Of a stretch of 42,202 bases of DNA, positions 17,462 through 27,669 are shown one piece after another. The DNA lies in IMG/VR virus record IMGVR_UViG_3300023283_000016, positions 1 to 42,202 of that record; one strand, written 5' to 3'. The first letter of the stretch is position 1. Every line of letters begins with the position of its first letter. The notes below the pieces were generated by a model. The model was not told the DNA's origin and made no database searches. It was given only the letters and a program-made list of their open reading frames with translations. The position numbers and the translations under genes were made by a program. This DNA comes from a virus (taxonomy: Duplodnaviria; Caudoviricetes).

Positions 17462-17948
17462 CATAGCTTTAGGCTCGCTGCTTCTAAGTGCCGGAACATC
17501 TGCGGCACAGTTTGCTGGCCAGAAACAGAGGGCTGAGGCCAATGCAGCGGCAGCGGAGGCGAACTTCCGCGCTCAGCGCTCCCGAGAGCAGGCCCGATTG
17601 AATCAGCAGGCTGAGCGGGCGACGCAAGAGAGGCTCCAATCGACCAAAGACGCCGCGAAGGCTAGGTCTACAGTAAAGACTTCTGCCGCTACCGCAGGCG
17701 TCGGCGGGCTGTCTGTGGAGTCACTGTTGGCAGACTTTAATCGCCAAGAGGCCACTATCAGTTCTCGAATTGCCCGTCAGCAAGAATTGAATCGTCAGCA
17801 ATCAGGCGCTCGCCTGAACTCGCTGCGCGCTCAGCGCTTCAGCAACAAGAGCCGCGTATCGCAGCCTTCTCGGGCCCGCTTGGGTCTTGGACTCGGCTCA
17901 GCCGCGCTCGGGGCTAAAGCGACCCACCTACGCCTCAAAGACACTTAA
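17442..17948 (+). CDS. Internal virion protein, gp14-like
   Basis: Ala/Gln-rich with hydrophobic N-terminus and AGVGGLSVESLL motif; synteny. Confidence 0.8.
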   Translation: MPFSAANIALGSLLLSAGTSAAQFAGQKQRAEANAAAAEANFRAQRSREQARLNQQAERATQERLQSTKDAAKARSTVKTSAATAGVGGLSVESLLADFNRQEATISSRIARQQELNRQQSGARLNSLRAQRFSNKSRVSQPSRARLGLGLGSAALGAKATHLRLKDT

Positions 17949-17963
17949 TCGAGATACCCAGCA

Positions 17964-19934
17964 ATGGCAGAACAACGAGGACGACGACAGCCGCAAGACC
18001 TTCGCGGGCGGCGGCTGATTCGACCTACCGCTCAGCCGGTGAATCAATTAGCGCGCCCGGGTCGCAATGATCTTCAGCGGCTCGGTGAGGCGCTATCGCA
18101 GTTCAATCCCCGTCTTACCCGGTTCGCGTCGGTGATTGGTCAAGAACAGATCGAAGATGATCTGGAACGCGGGGCATCCTTAGTCGGCCCCGAAGAGGCG
18201 GAGGCGTTCGCGGAAGGGCAAGACGTTTCGGAACTGCTGCCCAACGAAAACCCGGCAGCCATTCGAGGGGCCAAGCGTCGTATTGCGGCGCTCATGGCGA
18301 ATCGAGAGTTCCTTGAGAACAGCCAGAAGCTTCAAGAGGCCAAGGTTGGGTCCGATCCGGATGAGATTCTAGGTTTCCTGCATGAGCAGCATCAGAGCCG
18401 AATGAGCCTGATGGATGACGAGATGCTGGAAGCCTACCGCAACAAGGTCGAAAAGCACGACGCCCAGCTAATCGCGGAGCATCGCGCCCGCCAGGCGGCA
18501 CAGTTTGAAACCCAGCAGAAAGACCTGTTCGGCCGGACCGTCGCCCAAGAGATTGACCAGACCGATGACCTGATTATTCCGGATGATCCATCCAATGTAT
18601 CTCCGGAAGACCTTAAGGGTACTCCGGTGGGCGGGCTGATTGACCGGCTGGAGGCTGAGCTTGATGCGGCCATCGAAGACGGCATGTCGAAAGGCGAGGC
18701 GAATCGCGTCTTCGCAGACGCCATCATTACGACGGCCGAAGAGGAACTGGACGAAGACGTTCTGGTTCTGCTGGATATGATCGACACCGGGCAGGGTCCA
18801 ATCGGCAATATCTCGGACATACGCGCCCGCAAGAACAACGCGGCGCTGCGAATTGAGCGTCGTTTGCGATCCCAAGAGAGCCGAGATTTCATGAAGCGCG
18901 AACGCGAACGTAAGGAACAGACGCAGAAGGTTGTTGATCTGTACTACCAGCGCGTGCGCGGCGGCGAGGCGACCCACAATCCGGAAGACGATATCTTTGA
19001 AGTTGTGCCTGAGCTAGAGGACGCTCCCTTTGAAGCTGTGGGTGCTGTTCGGGGAATCAGAGGCGATCTGCTAGATGCTTCAACGACCGCCCAGCGTCAC
19101 GCGGTGAACGAGCGAGAGCTTACGCGGCGGGTCAATCATGATCCGGAAGCCTTCGCTGAAATTGCCGAACAAATCGACCGACAAGGGCCGGGGTTTTCAC
19201 TTGAGACAATCTCTCAGAAACGCCAGGCCGGTGTGATTACGGGCGACGAAGCTGTGAGACTGACTGACCGCTACCGGGACGCTGAGCGATCCTTCATCGT
19301 GACGCCGGAAGGCCAGATTCGAGACGAGGGGCTTCAGATTCTTCTCAATCAGCAGTTTCCATCGCAGCTTGAGGCGCTGTTTGATACACACCTCGGACGG
19401 AACGTGTATTCCGGAGCCGACCTAAACTCGCAGTATGCAACATCCAAGCGGGCGGTTCTGAACGGGCTGCATGAGTTCGTTAGGAATAATCCCAACATGC
19501 CCAAGCCGGAACTCAAGAACGCAATCAAGGAAGAGGCCCAGCGCCTGATTGATGAGCAACACCTTTCTGTCCAGACCGAATTGGAACAGCAGCGGCGTCG
19601 GCAGACGTTCGATGTTCAGCTTCCTTCTGGCAAAGTACCGAATAAGCCGGACGAGCGCTTCTCCGTGAATCTTAGAGCGGCTTCGGACGAGCGGCTGGAA
19701 CAGTGGAAACAGGAATACATCGAAAACGGGACAGGACGGCTGCGCGCTATCCAAGATTTTCTCGGCCTCACGCTCAATGAACTGAAGCTTCAGCTGGCGG
19801 CCGAATTGAATCGCCGAGAGCAGGAAGCCGCGTCAGTGTCCGTTGAAGATCGAAAAGGCTCGATCCGCAACTTTAGCACTCCGAGTGATCCGAACGAGCC
19901 TTTACTGTTTGCCGTCCCGACAACTAGTGAGTAA
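17964..19934 (+). CDS. Internal virion (ejection) protein, gp15-like
   Basis: 656-aa helical protein with N-terminal IRPTAQPV...LGEALSQFNPRL; position between gp14- and gp16-like genes. Confidence 0.7.
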   Translation: MAEQRGRRQPQDLRGRRLIRPTAQPVNQLARPGRNDLQRLGEALSQFNPRLTRFASVIGQEQIEDDLERGASLVGPEEAEAFAEGQDVSELLPNENPAAIRGAKRRIAALMANREFLENSQKLQEAKVGSDPDEILGFLHEQHQSRMSLMDDEMLEAYRNKVEKHDAQLIAEHRARQAAQFETQQKDLFGRTVAQEIDQTDDLIIPDDPSNVSPEDLKGTPVGGLIDRLEAELDAAIEDGMSKGEANRVFADAIITTAEEELDEDVLVLLDMIDTGQGPIGNISDIRARKNNAALRIERRLRSQESRDFMKRERERKEQTQKVVDLYYQRVRGGEATHNPEDDIFEVVPELEDAPFEAVGAVRGIRGDLLDASTTAQRHAVNERELTRRVNHDPEAFAEIAEQIDRQGPGFSLETISQKRQAGVITGDEAVRLTDRYRDAERSFIVTPEGQIRDEGLQILLNQQFPSQLEALFDTHLGRNVYSGADLNSQYATSKRAVLNGLHEFVRNNPNMPKPELKNAIKEEAQRLIDEQHLSVQTELEQQRRRQTFDVQLPSGKVPNKPDERFSVNLRAASDERLEQWKQEYIENGTGRLRAIQDFLGLTLNELKLQLAAELNRREQEAASVSVEDRKGSIRNFSTPSDPNEPLLFAVPTTSE

Positions 19935-19936
19935 GC

Positions 19937-22900
19937 ATGCCACACCCGAATAATCAAAACGATGAGAGACGACCCGCAGCTAGCGACGAAACACCTAAAG
20001 ATGATGTTTCGCAGCCCAGCGCGCCTCCAACAGGTCCGACGCATCCGACCTTTGGGGAAGACGTTGAACGCCTACAAGTCGCACTCAACAATGACCCCAA
20101 CACCATCCGAAACCTTCAACGAAGTTCCCAACAGCGGCGGCAGCCTTCTCTGATTCCCGACCGAAACGCTGATGATACCGATGACATTGATCCGCTGGAC
20201 TACATAACGGACATCGGCAAAGGCACGATCAACGGCGTGGTGGGCTTCGGAGAAAGCGTGGCCAATCTCCCCGGCGACCTGTTGGAAGGCGTTACGGACG
20301 TGTCAGACGCCGCGCTGGGGACGGATTTCAACTATGACTACAAGGGCATTGACCTGGGCGAACTTGACACCAAGACGTGGGTTGGGGGGCTTACGTCGGG
20401 CGTGGTGCAGTTTGGCCTTGGTTTCGTGTCCGGTAGTGCGTGGCTGACGCGGGCCGGTTGGGTCGCGAGGGCCGGAAGCCGGTCGCTTCAGCTTTCTCGC
20501 GGGGCCACAGCCGGGGCCATCGCCGACTTCGTGAGCTTTGAAGGGCAGGAAGAGCGCCTGTCAGACATGCTGGTGAAGTATCCGGCGCTCCGCAATCCGG
20601 TTACTGAGTACTTGGAAGCCGAAGACGACGACAGCGGAGCGGAAGGCCGCTTCAAGAACGCTCTTGAGGGGCTGGGTCTTGGTGTCGCCACCGATCTTCT
20701 GGTTTCTTCGGTTCGCGGCCTTCGGAACGCACGGCGGGCCACCACGGAAGCCGAGAAGCGGGCTGTTGCGCAGCAGACCGAAGAGGAAATGCTGGCCCAC
20801 CTGGACGGTTTGACGGGGAGAACGGCTCAGCAGTCCGATGAGGCTGCGGAGGCTTCGACTGAGGCCGCTGCGCGGCCCGCTCCCGCCGAGGGGGCGGCTC
20901 AAACTGAAGCCGCTGAGACGGCCGCTCAGAGCCGTAATATCGAAATTGACGAAGACCAGGCGGAACGCTTTCGCGGGCTGCTTCAGCAGGAGCTAGACAA
21001 TCCGGGGACTGTTGATCCGGATGCGATCATGCGACCACTGAATCTCAATCTGGATAAGTTCGTTGCCGAGGGCGACACTGAGACAGCCCTGACGCTGGCG
21101 CGTAATTTCTTCTCGGAGCAGATCGACAGCCTGCGCGGCGGCTCGAAGAAAACCTTTGCGGACATGAAGCAAGAGGCGTTGGACCGCTTGGGTGTCAGCG
21201 TCGCTGAAGATGCCGGGGTGTCAAACGAAGGTATTCCGGGTGTTGTGGCAAGGATGCAAGCTCGCGCCAAGGAAGCCGACGAGATGACGGCCGATCTACT
21301 GGCTGCCAAAGGGCTTCTAAAGGCGTACTCGCAAGAGTTAAACCAGCTTGCTCGGCTTCGCAGCACCACGTCCACAGCCACCGATGAAGTGATTGAACGC
21401 TACGATAAGGTTAATCGAGCGTTTGTTGATCTGCTGGGAAATACTCTTGCTGTCCAGACAGGCGCAGCGAGGACCACTGCCGCAGGCCGAATCAACATTG
21501 ACTTCATGCTGACAGGGGCATCGAAGCAGGAAGCTTTGAACGCGCTGGATGACAGCGGATTTGATGAAGCCCTGCGCAAGCGCACGGCAGACACGCTGAT
21601 GGCGGGCGGTGATCCCAAGAAAACTTCCCGCATCACTCGATCTTTGAACGCCTTTAACGAGTTCCGCATCGCCAATCTTCTGTGGAGTCCTAAGACACAC
21701 GTTGTCAACTTTGTTAGCGGCTCCCTGAAGACCGCAATGCTTCCCGCCGAGCGCATTGTTGGCGGCATGCTGAGCGGAAACCGAAAAGAGTTTGCTGCGG
21801 GCATGCAGACGTTCGCGGCGCTCGGTGATTCCTTCATGGAAGCCTTTCAGTTCGCCAAACAGGCGTACCAGGCAGATCGAAACTTCCTTGATCCGATCAA
21901 GACGCAATTTGACGCCCCGAAGAATGCCATCTCATCGAGAGCGCTGGGGGCCAATTCGGAATCGACTTTTGGAAGTTTCTTGGACTGGTGGGGCAAGGTT
22001 CACGGTATGTCGATGCGCATGCTGATGGCCGAGGATGAGTTCCTGAAGCAGATCAACTTTCGCGCCTATGCGAAGGTTGACGCTATGCAGGATGCAGCGG
22101 CTAAAGGCTTCCAGGCCGGAACACAGGAATATGAAGACCACGTTAGGACTGTCTTCAACGCTTCCTTTAAGCCCGATGGCCGAGGCGGCGACGGTGCGGC
22201 CCTGCGATACGCCAATAAATCAACGTTCACTACCGAACTTGATGGCTTAGCTGGCACGCTGGGCAAAGCCGTGGCCGACCATCCGATTCTCCGGATCGTA
22301 ACGCCGTTCTACCGAGTTCCTTTGAATATCGTTAAGGACGTGTGGGATCGAACGCCGGTTCGGCCGCAGCTGCTTAGCGAAGCCTTTGGACCAAACGTAG
22401 ATGCCGCCACCAAATCGGATGCGATGGGAAGGCTGGCTACGGGCAGCGCCATGTACACCACGGCGGCTATGCTTGCAGCCGGTGGCAAGATCACTGGCCA
22501 AGGCCCGGCTGATCCGACGCTGCGCAAGCAGTGGTTGGACGCTGGAAACAGGCCGTACTCATTCGTGTTTACTGATCCGGACACCGGAACCAAACGGTAC
22601 ATTCAATACAACCGCTTGGACCCGTTCGGCATTTTCTTCGGCATGGTTGCAGACTTCTCTGATCTTCAGTCCGAGATGGACCCAACCACGGAGATGAACA
22701 CAGCAACGATGGCGCTGACGGCCGTGGCCAACAATCTGACCAACAAGACATACCTACAAGGTCTGTCTGAGGCGCTGGCCGCGTTTACCGATCCCAGCGG
22801 GTTTGAGATGGACCAATGGATGCGCAGCTTTGGCGGAAGCCTGCTGCCGTTCTCTACGGCCCTGAACGAGCTTAATCAAGACCCGTTCTTGCGGGAAAGC

Positions 22901-23524
22901 CGTTCGGTTCTTGATGAGTTGGCAGCGCGAACGCCGGGCTTCTCCGACAGCCTTCCGCCGCGACGGAATATCCTTGGCGAACCTGTCAAGGCTCCGGCCG
23001 GATGGCTGCCTTTTAATGAGTCCAGCACGGCCGTGGAACTGGCGGCGAACGAGTTGTCGCCATTCGCGTTCTCAAAGAAACTGGAAGAGCCGGTTAAGGA
23101 TGAGATTGTTCGTCTGAAACATCGGTTCTCCATGCCGAACTCTACGTTGAACGGTCTTGATCTCCGTGAAGTTCAGAATGACTCCGGACGGCAGGCTTAT
23201 GATCGCTGGTTGGAGCTACAAGGGTCGCTGCGTATTAATGGCCGCAACCTGGCGGCAGCTTTGAATCGACTGATTCAGTCCTCTCGATACCAGCGGCTTC
23301 CTGATGTCGACCCAAGCCTGGCGACCGATTTCGATTTCGATAATCCCCGCATCCTAGAGATTCGCAGGGTTATCTCTCGGTATCGTTCGGCGGCGAAACG
23401 CCGGATGATTCAGGAGTTTCCGGAAGTCCGTCAGCATGTCCGGGAGCGCCGTGAAGTGATTCGATCCCAGCGGTTCTCTAAGTTCAACGAAATCTTTTCA
23501 CCCGCCACCAACAACAACAACTAA
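19937..23524 (+). CDS. Large internal virion (ejection) protein, gp16-like
   Basis: 1195 aa; EGRFKNALEG, PFYRVPLNI, YNRLDPFG, NKTYLQGLS and RRNILGEP patterns typical of podophage ejection proteins. Confidence 0.8.
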   Translation: MPHPNNQNDERRPAASDETPKDDVSQPSAPPTGPTHPTFGEDVERLQVALNNDPNTIRNLQRSSQQRRQPSLIPDRNADDTDDIDPLDYITDIGKGTINGVVGFGESVANLPGDLLEGVTDVSDAALGTDFNYDYKGIDLGELDTKTWVGGLTSGVVQFGLGFVSGSAWLTRAGWVARAGSRSLQLSRGATAGAIADFVSFEGQEERLSDMLVKYPALRNPVTEYLEAEDDDSGAEGRFKNALEGLGLGVATDLLVSSVRGLRNARRATTEAEKRAVAQQTEEEMLAHLDGLTGRTAQQSDEAAEASTEAAARPAPAEGAAQTEAAETAAQSRNIEIDEDQAERFRGLLQQELDNPGTVDPDAIMRPLNLNLDKFVAEGDTETALTLARNFFSEQIDSLRGGSKKTFADMKQEALDRLGVSVAEDAGVSNEGIPGVVARMQARAKEADEMTADLLAAKGLLKAYSQELNQLARLRSTTSTATDEVIERYDKVNRAFVDLLGNTLAVQTGAARTTAAGRINIDFMLTGASKQEALNALDDSGFDEALRKRTADTLMAGGDPKKTSRITRSLNAFNEFRIANLLWSPKTHVVNFVSGSLKTAMLPAERIVGGMLSGNRKEFAAGMQTFAALGDSFMEAFQFAKQAYQADRNFLDPIKTQFDAPKNAISSRALGANSESTFGSFLDWWGKVHGMSMRMLMAEDEFLKQINFRAYAKVDAMQDAAAKGFQAGTQEYEDHVRTVFNASFKPDGRGGDGAALRYANKSTFTTELDGLAGTLGKAVADHPILRIVTPFYRVPLNIVKDVWDRTPVRPQLLSEAFGPNVDAATKSDAMGRLATGSAMYTTAAMLAAGGKITGQGPADPTLRKQWLDAGNRPYSFVFTDPDTGTKRYIQYNRLDPFGIFFGMVADFSDLQSEMDPTTEMNTATMALTAVANNLTNKTYLQGLSEALAAFTDPSGFEMDQWMRSFGGSLLPFSTALNELNQDPFLRESRSVLDELAARTPGFSDSLPPRRNILGEPVKAPAGWLPFNESSTAVELAANELSPFAFSKKLEEPVKDEIVRLKHRFSMPNSTLNGLDLREVQNDSGRQAYDRWLELQGSLRINGRNLAAALNRLIQSSRYQRLPDVDPSLATDFDFDNPRILEIRRVISRYRSAAKRRMIQEFPEVRQHVRERREVIRSQRFSKFNEIFSPATNNNN

Positions 23525-23539
23525 TAACGGAGTAATACC

Positions 23540-23821
23540 TTGGCTGTTCAAAAGCTAATTGACGGTGCTACTGGCACGGTTGACGGTTCGACTGTGCAAT
23601 CCTTTCAAGACAAACAGAAGAGTCAGTACGGCGTATTTCAGGCAGAGATTACCGATACAGCCACCGTCAAACTGCAAGGCCGCGTCTCTCCTGGCGCTCC
23701 TTGGGTTGACGTGACTTCGCTGACTGCTAGTGGCGCCGAAGTGGTCACGCTGTTCCCCGAGATGCGGGGTAAGGTCAGCAGTCATAGTGCTGGCACGGTA
23801 AACGCATGGCTGAAGGACTAA
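23540..23821 (+). CDS. Small beta-rich structural protein
   Basis: GGAG RBS with TTG start; TATVKLQG...WVDV pattern resembles the 13556 protein. Confidence 0.7.
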   Translation: MAVQKLIDGATGTVDGSTVQSFQDKQKSQYGVFQAEITDTATVKLQGRVSPGAPWVDVTSLTASGAEVVTLFPEMRGKVSSHSAGTVNAWLKD

Positions 23822-23827
23822 TAGACG

Positions 23828-25276
23828 TTGGCCGACTATACCGTAACGAACGCGGGCACGAGCGCCGCGAATCAAGATTACACGCAATCGGGGACCGATG
23901 GGAACGGGCGTCCGATCTATACCGGTGACACGAATAGTTACATCAAGCTACAGCATGGTGTTAGCCAGGCTACGTTCAGTGAAGCGTGGGTAATTGAGGA
24001 CACTTCGATCGGCGACCAACTGTATTACTCATCGGACTCCACCGCCAGTCTGCCTCCGGAAGAGACATACTCCCCGTGGCTAGGAGCGCCTCCCGGCGCA
24101 GATGTCGCGGCAGCCGATGGCGACACAACCGCTCCCACGCTGTCCAACGCATCCGCCACCAATATCGGCAACACAACCGTCGATGGTCAGGTCGACACTG
24201 ACGAAGGCAACGGAACGCTGTATGGCGTTGTGACTGCCGGCTCCGCGAACCCCAGCCAGGATGATCACACCGGCAGCGCGGATGTTGATTCAGCGTCTAC
24301 AACGGTGAGCAGCGCTGGAACCCAGACGCTGAGCTTCAGCGGGCTGACTGCCGCGACCAACCACTACATTCACTTCGTGCACGAAGACTCGGCTGGGAAT
24401 CAGTCGAACGTGGTTAGTACGTCGCAGTTCACCACCACCGGTGGCGACACAACCGCTCCCACGCTGTCCAACGCATCCGCCACCAATATCGGCAACACAA
24501 CCGTCGATGGTCAGGCCGACACTGACGAAGGCAACGGAACGCTGTTTGGCGTTGTGACTGCCAGTTCCACGAAGCCCAGCAAGGCTGAAGTGAAGGCAGG
24601 CCAAGATTACACCGGCAGCGCGGCTGTTGATTCAGCGTTTACAACGGTGAGCAGCACTGGAACCCAGACGCTGAGCTTCAGCGGGCTGACTGCCGCGACC
24701 AACCACTACATTCACTTCATGCACGAAGACTCGGCTGGGAATCAGTCGAGCGTGGTTAGTACGTCGCAGTTCACCACCACCGGTGGCGACACAACCGCGG
24801 ACGTAAAGGGGAACTCCACGTCTATTACGGATGGTGACTCGACGCCCGAAACCGGCGACGATACCGACTTTGGTACTATCGACAACGACACGACAAAGAC
24901 GCACACTTTCACGATTCATAACACCGGCAGCGGCGATCTAACGCTGTCGGGTTCTCCGAAAGTGGCTATTAGCGGCTCTAGTGCGTTCTCAGTGTCCGCC
25001 CAGCCGTCCTCGCCGGTTACGCCGAGCGGCAGCACGACGTTTGATGTTCAATTTGACCCCAGCGGCAGCAACCTTACTGATGCCACGGCGACCCTGAGCA
25101 TTGCCAACGATGACAGCGACGAAAACCCCTACACGTTTGACGTAAAGGGTTCGTCGGTCGCATCGACCTCTGGGAATCTCAAACACGCCCTGGTTGGTTT
25201 CAATGATTTCCAGAGCAACCTGGCAACGTCGGAGATCGCCGGTCTTAACGCATTTACCACAGCAGGAAAAGGCTAA
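23828..25276 (+). CDS. Putative virion adhesin with two FN3/Ig-like repeats and an ASH/choice-of-anchor-D-like Ig domain
   Basis: Two DTTAPTLS...FSGLTAATNHYIHF.HEDSAGNQS repeats; TDFG...THTFTIHNTGSGDLTL...F.VQFDP...LSIANDDSDENPYTF domain. Confidence 0.75.
   Translation: MADYTVTNAGTSAANQDYTQSGTDGNGRPIYTGDTNSYIKLQHGVSQATFSEAWVIEDTSIGDQLYYSSDSTASLPPEETYSPWLGAPPGADVAAADGDTTAPTLSNASATNIGNTTVDGQVDTDEGNGTLYGVVTAGSANPSQDDHTGSADVDSASTTVSSAGTQTLSFSGLTAATNHYIHFVHEDSAGNQSNVVSTSQFTTTGGDTTAPTLSNASATNIGNTTVDGQADTDEGNGTLFGVVTASSTKPSKAEVKAGQDYTGSAAVDSAFTTVSSTGTQTLSFSGLTAATNHYIHFMHEDSAGNQSSVVSTSQFTTTGGDTTADVKGNSTSITDGDSTPETGDDTDFGTIDNDTTKTHTFTIHNTGSGDLTLSGSPKVAISGSSAFSVSAQPSSPVTPSGSTTFDVQFDPSGSNLTDATATLSIANDDSDENPYTFDVKGSSVASTSGNLKHALVGFNDFQSNLATSEIAGLNAFTTAGKG
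24118..24798 (+). repeat. Near-identical tandem duplication (324 bp + 342 bp + 15-bp start of a third copy)
   Basis: Copies start at 24118, 24442 and 24784 with TGGCGACACAACCGC; the second copy is 18 bp longer. Confidence 0.95.
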
Positions 25277-25282
25277 ACAGTA

Positions 25283-27667
25283 ATGGCCTATTCGTTCGTT
25301 CTCTATGACGGCGACGGAACAACGGACACCTTCACAGTCCCGTTCGGCTTCATTAAGCGGGCCGACGTGGACGTGAAGGTGGCCGGTTCTTCCGTTGGCT
25401 TTTCATGGCTATCCGATACACAGGTCCAGCTAGACAGCGCGCCCGCGTCGGGGACCGACAATGTTCGCGTTGAGCGCACGACCAACCGAAACAACCGAGA
25501 AGTTGACTTCAGCAATGCGGCCACGCTGACGAAAACCGACCTGGATAACTCGGCGCTTCAGATGTTCTATCTGGCGCAGGAAGCGCTGGACACGGCCGAC
25601 GAAGATGCTCAGTTTGCGGACGCCGACACAGTGGATGGGGAGCATGCCTCCGCCTTTGCCGATGCGTCACACACGCATACCGAGTCGGAGATTACCGATC
25701 TCGGTAACTACCTTACCGACATCACTGGTGAGCCAGCGGGCGACCTTAGCGATGTTGTTGTGTCGTCGGTGGGTAACGGCGAAGTTCTGGTCTACGACAA
25801 TGGGACCGGAAACTGGATCAACCAGACGCTTGCAGAAGCTGGCATTGCGGCTACAGGCCACACGCATACTGAATCCGACATCACGGACCTTGGAAACTAC
25901 GCTGTCGTAGGCCACAGCCATGCAACCAGTGACGTGACCAGCGGAACCTTTGCGGACGCTCGTATTGCCGAGTCTAACGTTACTCAGCACGAAGGCGCGC
26001 TGACCGTTACTGAATCGCAAATCAGCGATCTCGGAAGCTATCTGACCGACATTACGGCAGAGCCGATCAGTGACCTTAGTGACGTGGTAATCACCACGGT
26101 TGGCGACGGTGAGATTCTTACATGGGACAACGCTAACAGCCAGTGGATCAATCAGACCCTCTCTGAAGCTGGCATTGCTCCATCTTCCCATACGTCCGAC
26201 ACCAGCAATCCGCACAGTGTTACCGCATCACAAGTGGGCAACACGACAGCCCAATGGAACGCCAATCAAATTAATGGCGTTGATGTTGATACGAGCGGCT
26301 TGGCGGACAACAAGATTCTCAAATACAACTCGGGTACGGGTAAGTTTGAGATTGATGACGATGTTGCGTCGGACGGTTCGGACACTGACCACGGCACGCT
26401 AAGCGGGCTTGGGGATGATGACCATACCCATTACGTCCACAACGACACCGCTCGCACTATCACCGCTGTTCACACGTTCAATCCATCGGCGGCAGGCGCG
26501 CCTTTCAGTCTAGGCGCAAACGCTACGGGTCAGCTTGTGACGGGCTTTAACGCCGACCAGTTGGACGGCAACGATGCGTCCGCCTTTGCCAATTCCAGTC
26601 ACACGCATGCTGCTGGTGACATCGACAGTGGCACGTTGGCCGACGCCCGCGTTGCTCAATCGAACGTGACGCAACACGAAGGCGCTTTGACTATCACCGA
26701 GTCCCAAATCAGCGATCTAGGAAGCTATCTCACTGACATCACTTCCGAAGCTATTGGCGATCTCAGTGACGTTGTTATCAGTACGCCTGCCGATAATGAA
26801 GTGTTGGCGTACAACAGCGGAACCGGAGAGTGGCAGAACCAGACTCCGGCTGAGGCCGGCCTGGCGAGCAATTCACACTCGCACACGCTCAGCGATCTTA
26901 ACAACGTCACGGTGTCCACACCCGCTGATGATGAAGTTCTGGCGTATGACAACGGAACGGGTGATTGGATCAACCAGACGCCTGCGGAGGCTGGACTGGC
27001 TTCTGCATCGCATACACACGCGGCGGGGGACGTTACCAGTGGAACGTTCGCCGATGCACGAGTGGCGGAATCAAATGTTACTCAGCATCAGGCGGCCATC
27101 GACCACAACACGTTGACCAATTACAACGTGGCTGAGCATCGTACTATCAATGATGCGGGTATAGGCACTACCGATCTGTGGAGTGCCGATAAGATTCAAA
27201 GTGAGCTAAATAGCGCCGGGAGCAACGACCATATTATACTTCGCGACGAGAAGGCCAGCGGCACAAATGGAGGAACGCTCACCAACGGCGACTGGCGAAC
27301 ACGCGATCTGAACACGGAAGTGCTGGATGAACCCAACGCTGCTTCCCTGTCGAGCAATCAGATCACCTTAGATTCCGGCACATACGCTGCGTGGATTACC
27401 TGCCCTGCTCATTCGGTCGGCCAGAACCGGGCCAGATTGCAAAACATCACCGATGGAATCACCCTTCTGCTGGGAACGTCGGAAGATGCTGGGACTGCCA
27501 ACCAGACCCTTCGCGGTGCGATTGTAGGCCATTTCACGCTCTCGGCGCAGAAAGTGCTGGAAGTGCAGCAGCAGGCCGAAAATTCACAATCTGACGTAGG
27601 TTTCGGAATCGCCTCCGGCTTCGCAACAGAAGTTTATACCGTCGTACATCTTAGGAAGGTCAACTAA
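25283..27667 (+). CDS. gp17: Tail fibre protein with T7 gp17-type N-terminal adaptor
   Basis: N-terminus YDGDGTTDTFTVPF.F...VRVERTT...VDF.NAATL...DLD...LQMFYLAQE; repeated HxH and DLSDV...GEVLxY..W.N modules. Confidence 0.9.
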   Translation: MAYSFVLYDGDGTTDTFTVPFGFIKRADVDVKVAGSSVGFSWLSDTQVQLDSAPASGTDNVRVERTTNRNNREVDFSNAATLTKTDLDNSALQMFYLAQEALDTADEDAQFADADTVDGEHASAFADASHTHTESEITDLGNYLTDITGEPAGDLSDVVVSSVGNGEVLVYDNGTGNWINQTLAEAGIAATGHTHTESDITDLGNYAVVGHSHATSDVTSGTFADARIAESNVTQHEGALTVTESQISDLGSYLTDITAEPISDLSDVVITTVGDGEILTWDNANSQWINQTLSEAGIAPSSHTSDTSNPHSVTASQVGNTTAQWNANQINGVDVDTSGLADNKILKYNSGTGKFEIDDDVASDGSDTDHGTLSGLGDDDHTHYVHNDTARTITAVHTFNPSAAGAPFSLGANATGQLVTGFNADQLDGNDASAFANSSHTHAAGDIDSGTLADARVAQSNVTQHEGALTITESQISDLGSYLTDITSEAIGDLSDVVISTPADNEVLAYNSGTGEWQNQTPAEAGLASNSHSHTLSDLNNVTVSTPADDEVLAYDNGTGDWINQTPAEAGLASASHTHAAGDVTSGTFADARVAESNVTQHQAAIDHNTLTNYNVAEHRTINDAGIGTTDLWSADKIQSELNSAGSNDHIILRDEKASGTNGGTLTNGDWRTRDLNTEVLDEPNAASLSSNQITLDSGTYAAWITCPAHSVGQNRARLQNITDGITLLLGTSEDAGTANQTLRGAIVGHFTLSAQKVLEVQQQAENSQSDVGFGIASGFATEVYTVVHLRKVN

Positions 27668-27669
27668 CC

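Noticed and set aside
24118-24798. Diversity-generating retroelement TR/VR pair
   Set aside because: Both copies are in-frame within one gene, the differences are not limited to adenines, and no reverse transcriptase is encoded.
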